The notes under the pieces: model-generated | What the model saw: the letters and a program-made list of their open reading frames with translations, nothing else | Told to the model about the DNA's origin: nothing | Database searches by the model: none | Program-made: the position numbers and the translations under genes | Shown here: positions 54,922-64,000 of the stretch, piece after piece | Numbering within the stretch: the first letter of the stretch is position 1 | Layout: each line of letters begins with the position of its first letter | Source: an uncultured Gammaproteobacteria bacterium | GTDB lineage: Bacteria; Pseudomonadota; Gammaproteobacteria; JACCXJ01 | DNA: 64,000 nt | Direction: 5' to 3' | Assembly: GCA_963764725.1 (NCBI GenBank) | Contig: CAVXTM010000018.1 | Span: 320,001-384,000, forward strand

Positions 54922-57522
54922 TCATGCCCCGGCATCTTCGGAGCTTACTTCGCGCACGAACGTGAATTCGCCGTTGCGCACCTCGACCCGAACGGTGTCG
55001 CCCGGTCCGAAGCGGCCGGCTAAAAGCTCGCGGGCCAGCGGTGTCTCCACCCGCACTTGAAGCGCGCGCTTCAACGGACGAGCGCCGTAGACCGGATCGA
55101 AGCCCGCCTGCCCCAGCTTGTCCAGCGCCTCGGCCGAAACCGATAACCCGATATTCTGATCGCGCAGCCGTTTGCGCAAGCGTTCCACCTGGATCTCGGC
55201 GATGGCCCGGATATGCGCCGCTTGCAAGGAGTGAAACACGACGATTTCGTCGATACGGTTGATGAATTCCGGCCGGAAGAAGTTCGCGACGCTCTCCATC
55301 ACCGCCTTGCGCATGCTCTCGTAATGTTCCTCCCCTGCCATCTCCTGGATGAATTGCGAGCCGAGATTTGAGGTCATCACGATCACGGTATTACGGAAGT
55401 CCACGGTCCGGCCGTGACCGTCGGTCAGCCGGCCGTCATCGAGGATCTGGAGTAAGACGTTGAAGACTTCCGGATGGGCCTTCTCGATCTCATCCAGCAG
55501 CACGACCGAATAGGGCTTTCGCCGGACCGCTTCGGTCAAATAACCGCCTTCCTCGTAGCCGACATAGCCGGGCGGCGCCCCGATGAGGCGCGCCACCGTA
55601 TGTTTCTCCATGTACTCGGACATGTCGATGCGCACCATCGCCTCTTCGGTATCGAACAGGAACTCGGCCAAGGCCTTGCACAATTCCGTCTTACCTATTC
55701 CCGTCGGCCCCAGGAACAAGAAGGAACCGTAGGGGCGGTTGGGATCGGCGATCCCCGCCCGCGCCCGGCGTATGGCGTCGGCGACCACCGTCACGGCCTG
55801 GTCCTGACCGACAACCCGCCGGTGCAGGGCTTCTTCCATGCGCATCAGCTTCTCCCGTTCCCCCTCGAGCATCCTGGACACCGGGACTCCGGTCCACTTG
55901 GAAACCACCTCGGCGATCTCCTCCTCGGTGACTTTGTCACGGAGCAGTGTCATTTCTTGCGTCTCCGCGGTCGCCGCCTGCTCGAGCTGCTTGGTAAGCT
56001 CGGGAATTCGCCCATATTGCAGTTCCGACATACGCGCGAGATCACCCGCACGCCGGGCGTTCTCGAACTCAAGCCGCGCCTGCTCGAGCCGTTCCTTCAG
56101 CGTATGCGTGCCTTGCAAGCGGGCCTTTTCCGCTTTCCAAACCTCTTCGAGATCGCTGTACTCCCGCTCGAGCTTTGTTATTTCGGCCTCCAGATTATCG
56201 AACCTCTTCTTCGAGGCCGCATCGGCCTCTTTTTTCAAAGCCTCGCGTTCGATTTTTAATTGGATTAATCTGCGTTCGAGACGGTCCATCGCTTCGGGCT
56301 TCGAGTCGATCTCGATACTGATGCGGCTTGCGGCTTCGTCGATGAGGTCGATGGCCTTGTCAGGTAACTGCCGGTCGGTGATATACCGGTGCGACAAAGT
56401 GGCCGCGGCGACAATCGCGGGATCGGTGATCTGCACGCCATGGTGTACTTCATAGCGCTCCTTGAGTCCGCGTAATATAGCGATGGTGTCTTCGACGCTC
56501 GGTTCATCGACCAGGATCTTCTGAAAGCGGCGTTCCAAGGCCGCGTCCTTCTCGACGTACTTTCGATACTCATCCAAGGTCGTCGCGCCGACACAGTGAA
56601 GCTCGCCGCGCGCGAGCGCCGGCTTGAGCATGTTGCCGGCATCCATGGCGCCCTCGGCTTTTCCGGCGCCGACCATGGTGTGCAATTCGTCGATAAAGAG
56701 AATGATCTGACCTTCTTGTTTGGCCAGATCCTTGAGCACCGCCTTGAGCCGCTCCTCGAACTCGCCGCGATACTTGGCGCCGGCGATGAGGGCGCCCAGA
56801 TCGAGCGCCAATACCCGCTTGCCCTTGAGTCCTTCCGGCACCTCGCCGTTCACGATGCGCTGCGCCAGGCCTTCGACTATCGCCGTCTTGCCCACGCCCG
56901 GCTCACCGATCAAAACGGGGTTATTCTTGGTGCGGCGCTGTAATACCTGAATCGTTCTGCGAATCTCGTCATCGCGTCCGATGACCGGATCCAGTTTTCC
57001 GTCCGTTGCGCGCGCGGTTAGGTCGATCGTGTAGCGCTCGAGCGCCTGGCGTTGTTCCTCGGCGCCCGGATCCTGTACCTTCTGCCCCCCGCGCAAGCGA
57101 TCGATGGCTTCGCTCAGGCGCCGCTTGTCCGCGCCTGCCGCCCGCAATAGATCACCTAGCTGACCGCGGCCCTCTAGCGCCGCCAGCACCCACAGCTCGC
57201 TGGCGATGTACTGATCCTTGCGTTGTTGCGCCAGTTTGTCCGTGAGATTCAAGAGCCGCTCAAGCTCGCGCGAGATGTGGACATCGCCGCCCGTGCCTTC
57301 GACCCGAGGCAAGCTCTCCAGGGCGTCATCCAGCCGTGCGCTTAGGGCGTCGACATTGACCCCCGCTTGGCTGAGGAGATGCTGCACCGTTCCGTCTTCC
57401 TGATGGAGCAGCGCGGCCATGACATGCAGCGGCTCGATGAATTGATGATCGCGCCCGACGGCGAGGCTTTGCGCATCCCCCAAGGCTGTTTGGAATTTGG
57501 TCGTCAGCTTGTCCGAACGCAT
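54922..57522 (-). CDS. clpB: ATP-dependent chaperone ClpB
   Basis: GEPGVGKT and GPTGIGKT Walker A motifs, M-domain coiled coil, YGARPLKR. Confidence 0.98.
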   Translation of the reverse strand: MRSDKLTTKFQTALGDAQSLAVGRDHQFIEPLHVMAALLHQEDGTVQHLLSQAGVNVDALSARLDDALESLPRVEGTGGDVHISRELERLLNLTDKLAQQRKDQYIASELWVLAALEGRGQLGDLLRAAGADKRRLSEAIDRLRGGQKVQDPGAEEQRQALERYTIDLTARATDGKLDPVIGRDDEIRRTIQVLQRRTKNNPVLIGEPGVGKTAIVEGLAQRIVNGEVPEGLKGKRVLALDLGALIAGAKYRGEFEERLKAVLKDLAKQEGQIILFIDELHTMVGAGKAEGAMDAGNMLKPALARGELHCVGATTLDEYRKYVEKDAALERRFQKILVDEPSVEDTIAILRGLKERYEVHHGVQITDPAIVAAATLSHRYITDRQLPDKAIDLIDEAASRISIEIDSKPEAMDRLERRLIQLKIEREALKKEADAASKKRFDNLEAEITKLEREYSDLEEVWKAEKARLQGTHTLKERLEQARLEFENARRAGDLARMSELQYGRIPELTKQLEQAATAETQEMTLLRDKVTEEEIAEVVSKWTGVPVSRMLEGEREKLMRMEEALHRRVVGQDQAVTVVADAIRRARAGIADPNRPYGSFLFLGPTGIGKTELCKALAEFLFDTEEAMVRIDMSEYMEKHTVARLIGAPPGYVGYEEGGYLTEAVRRKPYSVVLLDEIEKAHPEVFNVLLQILDDGRLTDGHGRTVDFRNTVIVMTSNLGSQFIQEMAGEEHYESMRKAVMESVANFFRPEFINRIDEIVVFHSLQAAHIRAIAEIQVERLRKRLRDQNIGLSVSAEALDKLGQAGFDPVYGARPLKRALQVRVETPLARELLAGRFGPGDTVRVEVRNGEFTFVREVSSEDAGA

Positions 57523-57543
57523 CGTGCAATGCTCCTTGAAATC

Positions 57544-57661
57544 AATATACTTCGCGGGCGGCGTATAAACCGCCCTTGACCAACGGGAGAGCTGCGCTTC
57601 TCCCCTTTGGAAACCCCATCGCTAAGGGTACCCCGGCAGGACCGCGGGGTATGCGTTTAAT
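57544..57661 (-). repeat. ~120-bp dispersed multi-hairpin repeat, copy 2
   Basis: Reverse complement of 9323-9442. Confidence 0.85.
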
Positions 57662-57719
57662 CATGGTTACTGCTCAGATAAGGGCGAGGGGACGATATTC
57701 AAGGACGATGCCCGTCATT

Positions 57720-58503
57720 CTAAGGAAGCATCGTGCTCAGTCCATACACGAGACCGATCCCGGCGCTCATGAGAAAAACCTGCTGCATCGACTCGCGCGG
57801 CTCGGTGCGTTGATGCAGGCCGGGGATCAGATCGGCGACCGCGACGTAGATGAAACTCGCGGCCGCGACCGCCAACACATAGGGGAGGACCGTGGTAGTG
57901 CTCGCAAGACTAACCCACGCAACCAGGGCGCCGGCCACGGTCGCGAGGCTCACTGCGAGGTTATACCCGAAGGCCTGGCGGCGCGTGTAACCGCTTTGCA
58001 AAAGGATCGCGAAATCCCCGACCTCTTGGGGGATCTCATGCGCGACCACGGCAAGGGTGGTTAACACACCGAGCTTATAATCGGTGAGAAACGCGGTGGC
58101 GATCAGGATCCCGTTGAACGAAATTGTGGATCCCGTCGCCGATCAATATCAGCGTCCCGGCCGCAAGCCCGCGGCCGTTATCCGGAGAGTCGCTATGCCG
58201 CTCACAGTGCTCCTCGTGGCAGTGCCGCCAAATGACCATCTTCTCTAGAAGAAAGAACAACACCAGCCCGAACAAGACGCACAAAGTAATCAAATGGGAG
58301 TCTTCGCGCTCCACGGCTTCCAGGGCTTCCGGGAGCAACCCGAGAAACGCCGTTCCGAGCAAAGCCCCAGTCGCGAGGCTCACCAGATGCGGCAAGAGTT
58401 GCGCACGCACGCGGTCGGGGGCCAGCAGAAACGCCGCGGCCGCCAGGACGCTCACGAGCCCGGCAAGCAAGCTGAAGGTGATGATCGGGACCAGGGTGTT
58501 CAT
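57720..58503 (-). pseudogene. ZIP-family metal transporter with one frameshift
   Basis: GDGIHNF and AHEIPQEVGDF lie in different frames; 1-nt insertion near 58117 (could be a sequencing error). Confidence 0.8.
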
Positions 58504-58522
58504 TACTTTATCGCATTGAGGA

Positions 58523-58993
58523 TCACAGCCATCGCCTTACCCGCGCCTTGTACTCCTGGTAGGCGGGACCAAATTTTCTTTCTAGATAGCGTTCTTCTCG
58601 AATGATCACACCCCAGTGCATGAACCACAGTACACCGGGCAGCAACAACACGGGCCAAAGCGAATTCAAAAGCCCGGCCGCGCCGAGATAAATCACTGTC
58701 AGCGCAAGATACAGCGGATTACGGGAAAATCGAAATGGTCCGCCGGTCACTAGAGCCGTCGTTTGCGCATACGGGTTAACCGGCGTGCGTGCGCGGCGGA
58801 AAGCCGAAAGTGCAAACGCCGCTATGAGCACGCCAAAAGCGATTAAGGACCACCCAACGAATGCGCTCATAGACTCCGGGAACAACGCAGTCGGCGAATA
58901 TTCTTCTACGAGATAGCCCAGCGCGAAACCGCCGGCATAGATAAGCGGCGGCGGTGCGGCGACACCGGGTTTATCTGGTATTTCTCGGTCCAC
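58523..58993 (-). CDS. Isoprenylcysteine carboxyl methyltransferase family protein
   Basis: LVTGGPFRFSRNPLY, REERYLERKFG..Y..RVRRWL. Confidence 0.88.
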   Translation of the reverse strand: MDREIPDKPGVAAPPPLIYAGGFALGYLVEEYSPTALFPESMSAFVGWSLIAFGVLIAAFALSAFRRARTPVNPYAQTTALVTGGPFRFSRNPLYLALTVIYLGAAGLLNSLWPVLLLPGVLWFMHWGVIIREERYLERKFGPAYQEYKARVRRWL

Positions 58994-59323
58994 GGATTGT
59001 TTGCCTCTAAGAATGCGGAAGTATGGAATACGCTACTTCCCACCGCGAAATTTTTTTACCGCCCTTACATCCAGGGCTAAGGCTGCATAGCGCCTACGCC
59101 CCTACTTAGCGGTGAGTTGGGCAGCGGGTGATTGGCAGGCGGACAGGATGATCCGCTCACCTGCGGCGCGCGGCGAATAGCCTACCTGATCCGGCGCCCT
59201 CTCGATGACGAGGCTCTAAGCGATATCCGGGCTCGCGCTGATACCCTAGCCAGCGCTTGGGCAATGAGCGCTTCTATGGCAAGAGCGAGAACATGACGGG
59301 GCAGCGGGCGCGGGGCGAGACCA

Positions 59324-60010
59324 CTAGTCGCTTCGCCCGACGATCCGGTAGACGATGCCGGCCCCGACCGCACCCGCTATGGGAGCCACCCAGAAAAGCC
59401 AGAGCTGTTCGATGGCCCAGCCGCCGACAAAGAGGGCGGGTCCGGTGCTACGCGCCGGATTGACAGATAGGTTGGTCACGGGAATGCCAATCAGGTGGAT
59501 GAGCGTCAGCCCCAGCCCGATGGCGATCGGCGCAAACCCCTGCGGGGCGCGAGGGTCCGTCGAGCCTAGGATTATAATCAAGAACATAAAGGTCAGCGTG
59601 ACCTCGGCCACGAGTGCCGCCGCGAGCGAGTATCCACCCGGTGAATGTTCGCCATAGCCGTTCGAGGCGAAGCCACCCAACTCAAAACCCACCTTACCCG
59701 TCGCGATCAGATACAACACCGCGGCACCCGCGACCGCTCCCAGCAACTGCGCGACCACGTACGGTCCCAGGTGCACGGCCGGAAACCGCCCACCGACCCA
59801 CAAACCAACCGAGACCGCCGGGTTGAGGTGACAGCCGGAGATGTGGCCGATGGCGTACGCCATCGTTAGGAGGGTCAATCCGAAGGCGAAGGCTACACCC
59901 AAGAATCCAATACCTACCTCTGGAAACGCGGCTGCAAGCACTGCGCTCCCGCAACCGCCGAATACCAGCCAGAAGGTGCCGATCAATTCCGCCGCTAACT
60001 TGTTCATCAT
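59324..60010 (-). CDS. aqpZ: Aquaporin Z
   Basis: [10 protein letters not shown] and SVNPARS NPA motifs. Confidence 0.96.
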   Translation of the reverse strand: MMNKLAAELIGTFWLVFGGCGSAVLAAAFPEVGIGFLGVAFAFGLTLLTMAYAIGHISGCHLNPAVSVGLWVGGRFPAVHLGPYVVAQLLGAVAGAAVLYLIATGKVGFELGGFASNGYGEHSPGGYSLAAALVAEVTLTFMFLIIILGSTDPRAPQGFAPIAIGLGLTLIHLIGIPVTNLSVNPARSTGPALFVGGWAIEQLWLFWVAPIAGAVGAGIVYRIVGRSD

Positions 60011-60184
60011 AAGAAATCCCTCCTTCTCTCGTCGAAGATCTTAAGTGGCTAGCGTCTGCATACCGCCCGCCCTCAACCGATCGATCGCCCGTTCCCCACC
60101 GGCAAACCCGGCATATCTGCGTTCCTCTCCCCTTCGAGGGTGAAGGGGAGATCTATCGGTTGACTTTGTGCCCTTTTTTAAAAA

Positions 60185-60928
60185 CTACTTGACGATAAAG
60201 TCGACACGGCGATTTTGATAGCGGCCGTCCTCGGTGTCATTCGACGCTATGGGGTTGCCTTCCCCCATACCCACCGGCTCGAGCCTGGTGCTCTCAATGC
60301 CCTGGCTAACCAAATAATCCACCACCGCCTCGGCCCGCCGCTGCGAGAGCTGCAGGTTGTAAGCTTCCGATCCGATGCTGTCGGTATGTCCCTCGACCCG
60401 AACGCTTACACTAGGCGCATCGCGTAACTCCTGCACGGCCTGGGCCAGAACCTGTTCGGATTCCGGCGTGAGCTTGGCGCTATCGAAGGCGAAGTTGACA
60501 CCCTGAATTCGCAAGAGGGTCTCGCCCTCCTTGGGGCAACCACTGGCGTCAACCTCTACCCCGGCAGGGGTACTTGCACAGCGGTCATTGCAGTTGTTGA
60601 CACCGTCGCCATCGTCATCGGGAGCGCAGGGGTCCGGCGCCGCCGGTTCTGGCGCGGCCACCGGTTGCGGCTTCGGCGGATAATCTCCACCGCAAAGGAA
60701 AAGGCTGGTCGCCGCGCCGAAGGCGGCGCCCGCTGCCGCGGCTTCCACATCGGTATCTCCCGGATCATCCGCGGCAGCTTCGTTAATGCCGTACCCCACA
60801 CCGGCGCCTAGGAGTGTGCCGCCGATCGTGCACCAGGGCTGGGGGATCTTTACGATAGGCTCACTGGCGCAGCCGAAGAGCATAATACCGGGCACGCTGA
60901 GAGCGATCAGGGTACGTAGCTTATACAT
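60185..60928 (-). CDS. OmpA-family lipoprotein with TSP3-like Asp-rich segment
   Basis: LFGC lipobox, DDDGDGV..DRC, VEGHTDS..NLQLSQRRA, NRRV. Confidence 0.92.
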   Translation of the reverse strand: MYKLRTLIALSVPGIMLFGCASEPIVKIPQPWCTIGGTLLGAGVGYGINEAAADDPGDTDVEAAAAGAAFGAATSLFLCGGDYPPKPQPVAAPEPAAPDPCAPDDDGDGVNNCNDRCASTPAGVEVDASGCPKEGETLLRIQGVNFAFDSAKLTPESEQVLAQAVQELRDAPSVSVRVEGHTDSIGSEAYNLQLSQRRAEAVVDYLVSQGIESTRLEPVGMGEGNPIASNDTEDGRYQNRRVDFIVK

Positions 60929-61501
60929 GCTTTCCTCCCTCTACTGTTGTTGTGCGGTTACAAGATTATAGTAGTTATTCCGTGAGTTCAACATAGATCC
61001 TCCTCAAGTGTTACAAATCTGCAACAAAAACGAGCTTTTTCACAGTACGATGGATCGCGGCACCATGGAGTCCACTGTACAGATCGCCCGCACGATGTCG
61101 CGGCTGAGCGTGGCGAGCGCGCGTCCACAAGCCGCCGCCACGGCGGTCGTAACCTTCACCTATCGCCGCGAAGCCCGCGCATCGACGTTACAACTGTAAC
61201 CGAATCGATTTCATTTGTAAGCAAATTCCGGCGCTTTGAAATCATCCGGTAAGGTCGCTGGCCTATTCTGCCCGCATCGCGAAAGACACGGAACTCCGCG
61301 CTTCGCGATCCGAAGCGGTTTTTCGAGCTTCGAGGAGAACGACCTGGTTGAATCATCACCAGGCCTGTCCGGACGAAGATCGCGAAACCGTGAGTATCCA
61401 ACCACAGAGTTAGGAGGTCGAACATGAACCTACTTCAATTAAGAGAGCCCGAAAAGGCCGGGGGCGTTTACGCTTCCCGGACGCGAAAGGTGGACGACAT
61501 C

Positions 61502-61939
61502 ATGAAAGCCAATCCAAAGAGAACGCTGGGTCGGGCGGCGCTGGCCATGGCCCTTTTGGCCACGGCGACCCCGAGCTGGGCGGGCTTTGTGAGCAAACCC
61601 TATACGGTGATAGGTTTTAATTCCACCACCGGCAGAAACACTGCCTACGGAAGCCTGCGGGGCACGCGCTATAGTGCGGATAAGGTCCAACATATCGGGT
61701 GCTATATCAGTTACTTAACATTGGGCGGGGCGGTACCGCGTATTGTTGCCCGGTGTGATGCCAAAAACAGCAAAGGCGACAATTTTGCCTGCATATCCAC
61801 CAAACCGGAGCACATCGGCACCGTCCAGGGAATGACCGACTCGTCGCAGATCTCCTTGGAGAGTACCCCTACCGGCACTGGCACTGTTGACATCTGTGAC
61901 GTCATCCAGATTTACGACAGCTCGATGTTGCTCAGATAG
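61502..61939 (+). CDS. Secreted 4-Cys hypothetical protein, paralog 1
   Basis: Signal peptide ..SWA; AYGSLRGTRYSADKVQHIGCY. Confidence 0.75.
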   Translation: MKANPKRTLGRAALAMALLATATPSWAGFVSKPYTVIGFNSTTGRNTAYGSLRGTRYSADKVQHIGCYISYLTLGGAVPRIVARCDAKNSKGDNFACISTKPEHIGTVQGMTDSSQISLESTPTGTGTVDICDVIQIYDSSMLLR

Positions 61940-62020
61940 CGTGACGAGATCGGTCGAGGTGGGTCGCTCGACCTGATCCATCGGTGAAATCCTTCAATTT
62001 CCATAAAGGAGAAAGACATC

Positions 62021-62440
62021 ATGAAAGCGAATGTTGAGAAACGCATCGGCCTGGCCGTGCTTGGCGTGTTCGTGGGCTTATACGGCCTTCCTGTCTACGC
62101 AGGTGCTGTATACAAACCTGGCGTCTATATGTACGACAAAATAGTCAACGGCGCTGGTGTGTACTATGCCCAGGGCTCGATGGTAGGGGCGCGTGACAGT
62201 GCCGATAGCCAGCAGTATATCGGTTGTTATAGTTTCAGGCTGGCAACCGGCGGTCCGGGAGTCAAGTGTGTGGCGCAGGATTACTCAGGCAGGTACTTGT
62301 TTTGTACCGGCTACGACTCGAAATGGGCGGAACCAGTCAAAGCGATGACTAGCTCCTCGTTTGTCGAATTCGCGACGGCCAGTACCAACGGGAACTGCCT
62401 AAAGCTCCACGTCGAGAATAACTCCCAGTACCTCAGGTAA
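62021..62440 (+). CDS. Secreted 4-Cys hypothetical protein, paralog 2
   Basis: AAGGAG RBS, signal peptide ..VYA; AQGSMVGARDSADSQQYIGCY. Confidence 0.8.
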   Translation: MKANVEKRIGLAVLGVFVGLYGLPVYAGAVYKPGVYMYDKIVNGAGVYYAQGSMVGARDSADSQQYIGCYSFRLATGGPGVKCVAQDYSGRYLFCTGYDSKWAEPVKAMTSSSFVEFATASTNGNCLKLHVENNSQYLR

Positions 62441-62535
62441 GCGCGGACGATCTAGACAGGGCGGGGGGTGTCTGCCAAGGCCCGCCGCCCATGGCAAGAC
62501 CCGTCATCCATCCAATTTGCGAGAGGTGATGAATC

Positions 62536-63120
62536 ATGAATAAACCAAACAAGGCTTTGGCGCTTGCGATCCTCGCGGCGACCATCGGCCTCCTCTACGC
62601 GGGAGCGGCGGCGTGGATGAGCCCCGAGCCTCCCCTCCCCCAACCGCAAAGGAGTGCCGGCTCCCGAGACGAGGAGCGCCTGGAGAAACTCGAGCAAGCC
62701 GTCGCGGCGTTGACACAGGCGCTGCACGACCGGCAAGGGAAAGACGCCGCTCCGAAGTCAAGGAGTGTTGCGGCGCCGGCGATCGAGCCGGAATCACGCG
62801 AGGCGCTCGCCCAGATGATCCGCGAAGAGGTAGGCCAAACCGTAGCGGAAGAAAGCCCCGAGGCCCAGCGCGCCCGGGAGGAAGCCATCGCCGAGGCCGA
62901 GCTCCTGGCCTCGCCCGAGAATCAGGAGGCGTATCAGAGCGCTTCGGCCGTGGTGACCCGCGCGGTAGCGGACAAGCGCTGGACCCAGGAGGACAGGGAG
63001 ATGTTCCGTGCCGCGTTCGGTCACTTGACCAGGGATCAACTCATGGAGCTGACCAGCATCCTCGCTCCGGCGGTCAATAACGGCGAGGTCAAGGTCGAGG
63101 TCATCGGACCACTGTTCTGA
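62536..63120 (+). CDS. Membrane-anchored coiled-coil hypothetical protein
   Basis: GAGGTG RBS, N-terminal TM, coiled coil, helical C-terminus WTQEDR..NNGEVKVEVIGPLF. Confidence 0.75.
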   Translation: MNKPNKALALAILAATIGLLYAGAAAWMSPEPPLPQPQRSAGSRDEERLEKLEQAVAALTQALHDRQGKDAAPKSRSVAAPAIEPESREALAQMIREEVGQTVAEESPEAQRAREEAIAEAELLASPENQEAYQSASAVVTRAVADKRWTQEDREMFRAAFGHLTRDQLMELTSILAPAVNNGEVKVEVIGPLF

Positions 63121-63307
63121 AGCCGCGCAGTCTATATCAACCAAACCACAGAAAACAGAGGAGTCGGTCGTTGTATATGTCAATTTTGTCGGCCGGGTTA
63201 TAGGCGGGTGAAGGGCAGGAGACCTCTGGGATAATAGGAAGTCTGTCATCAAACAAGCAACTCTGTTTGCGGTGCGCGCGGACCCAGGCTCGTGGCCGTA
63301 ACCACCA

Positions 63308-64000
63308 TTACGTTTGCGAGTCCGAACCGAATTTCTTGCCGAGGTTCAAGGCGCTGGCGATGGCCTCGGCCAAATCGCCGGACTGTAGCGGCTTTTTAAG
63401 CAGAGCATGGACCGCCGCGCGCCGCGCCTTGTGGGCAAGCTCCGGCCCACCGAAGCCGCTCATGAGCAAGACCGGGATATCCGGGCGGATCTCCCGCAGG
63501 CGCGTGGCAAGCTCGGTACCACTCATGCGCGGCATGAGCTGGTCGGTTACAACGAGATCAAAACGCGCCGGCCGCGCTTGGAATGCCTTGAGGGCCGCCT
63601 GACTGTCTTGGAACCCGATAGGTTCGTAGCCGAGAGCCGCGATCATCTCCTCGCCGAGGAGTACGAGCGCCTCGTCGTCGTCGACGAGGAGGACGGTCTC
63701 TCCGCGACCCTTGGGAATCGGCATGCGCTCGATAGCGCTCGCGGAGGCGGTCTCTCCGGATCGAGGGAGGTAGACCGTGAAGCTGCTCCCCTGACCCGGT
63801 GTGCTCGCAACCTCGATGGCACCCCCGTGGTCGCTCACGATGCTGTGCGCCAGGGACAGGCCGAGCCCGGTTCCCTGGCCGAGGTCCTTGGTGGTGAAGA
63901 AGGCATCGAAGACCCGATCGAGCGTGGCCTCCTCAATCCCGTGTCCGGTGTCCGTTACTTTGAGGCGCACATAGGCCCCCGGCTCCAGCGTGTGATGTCT
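63308..64000 (-). CDS. Hybrid sensor histidine kinase, C-terminal HATPase + REC (partial)
   Basis: VTDTGHG, FFTTK, GTGLGL, VLLVDDD, VVTDQLMP, KP; runs off right edge. Confidence 0.92.
   Translation of the reverse strand, partial: RHHTLEPGAYVRLKVTDTGHGIEEATLDRVFDAFFTTKDLGQGTGLGLSLAHSIVSDHGGAIEVASTPGQGSSFTVYLPRSGETASASAIERMPIPKGRGETVLLVDDDEALVLLGEEMIAALGYEPIGFQDSQAALKAFQARPARFDLVVTDQLMPRMSGTELATRLREIRPDIPVLLMSGFGGPELAHKARRAAVHALLKKPLQSGDLAEAIASALNLGKKFGSDSQT

Noticed and set aside
60126-60151. Hairpin TCTCCCCTTC/GAAGGGGAGA as another copy of the REP family
   Set aside because: Only loosely similar; could simply be the OmpA-gene terminator

Overview
GC-rich proteobacterial chromosome segment, probably gammaproteobacterial (inferred from gene order). 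The core backbone is thrS-infC-rpmI-rplT-pheST-ihfA-merR-tRNA-Pro, uvrB/aspC, a hopanoid operon (sqs-shc-hpnG), an ATP-grasp peptide-ligase triad, fadE/desaturase, clpB, aqpZ and an OmpA lipoprotein. It is interrupted by many small accessory or decaying blocks. Highlights: (1) A degraded IS110 whose non-coding left end contains a readable bridge-RNA-like guide: one loop matches the element's own right end (ACGGTTGCT) and another matches the REP-like palindrome it sits in (CCAGCC-CT-CTCCC). That palindrome family also forms inverted ends around a DUF559 nuclease gene. (2) A luxI/luxR quorum-sensing island with FadL porin genes, a luxI-coupled Asp-to-Glu pseudo-receiver, two lux boxes and a candidate lux-box-driven structured RNA, bracketed by a 40-bp cobS direct repeat. 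(3) Four cases of cargo DNA lying between diverged duplicates of host sequence (tRNA-Val unit, uvrB 5' end, cobS, fadE leader), with no integrase visible. (4) A broken ~1700-aa nuclease-STAND (Avs-like) defence gene, tandem RoxA-like di-heme cytochromes, a double beta-barrel OMP, a repeat-rich trimeric autotransporter and an uncharacterised secreted 4-Cys protein pair with a partner gene. All calls come from reading the sequence by eye; no searches were run.
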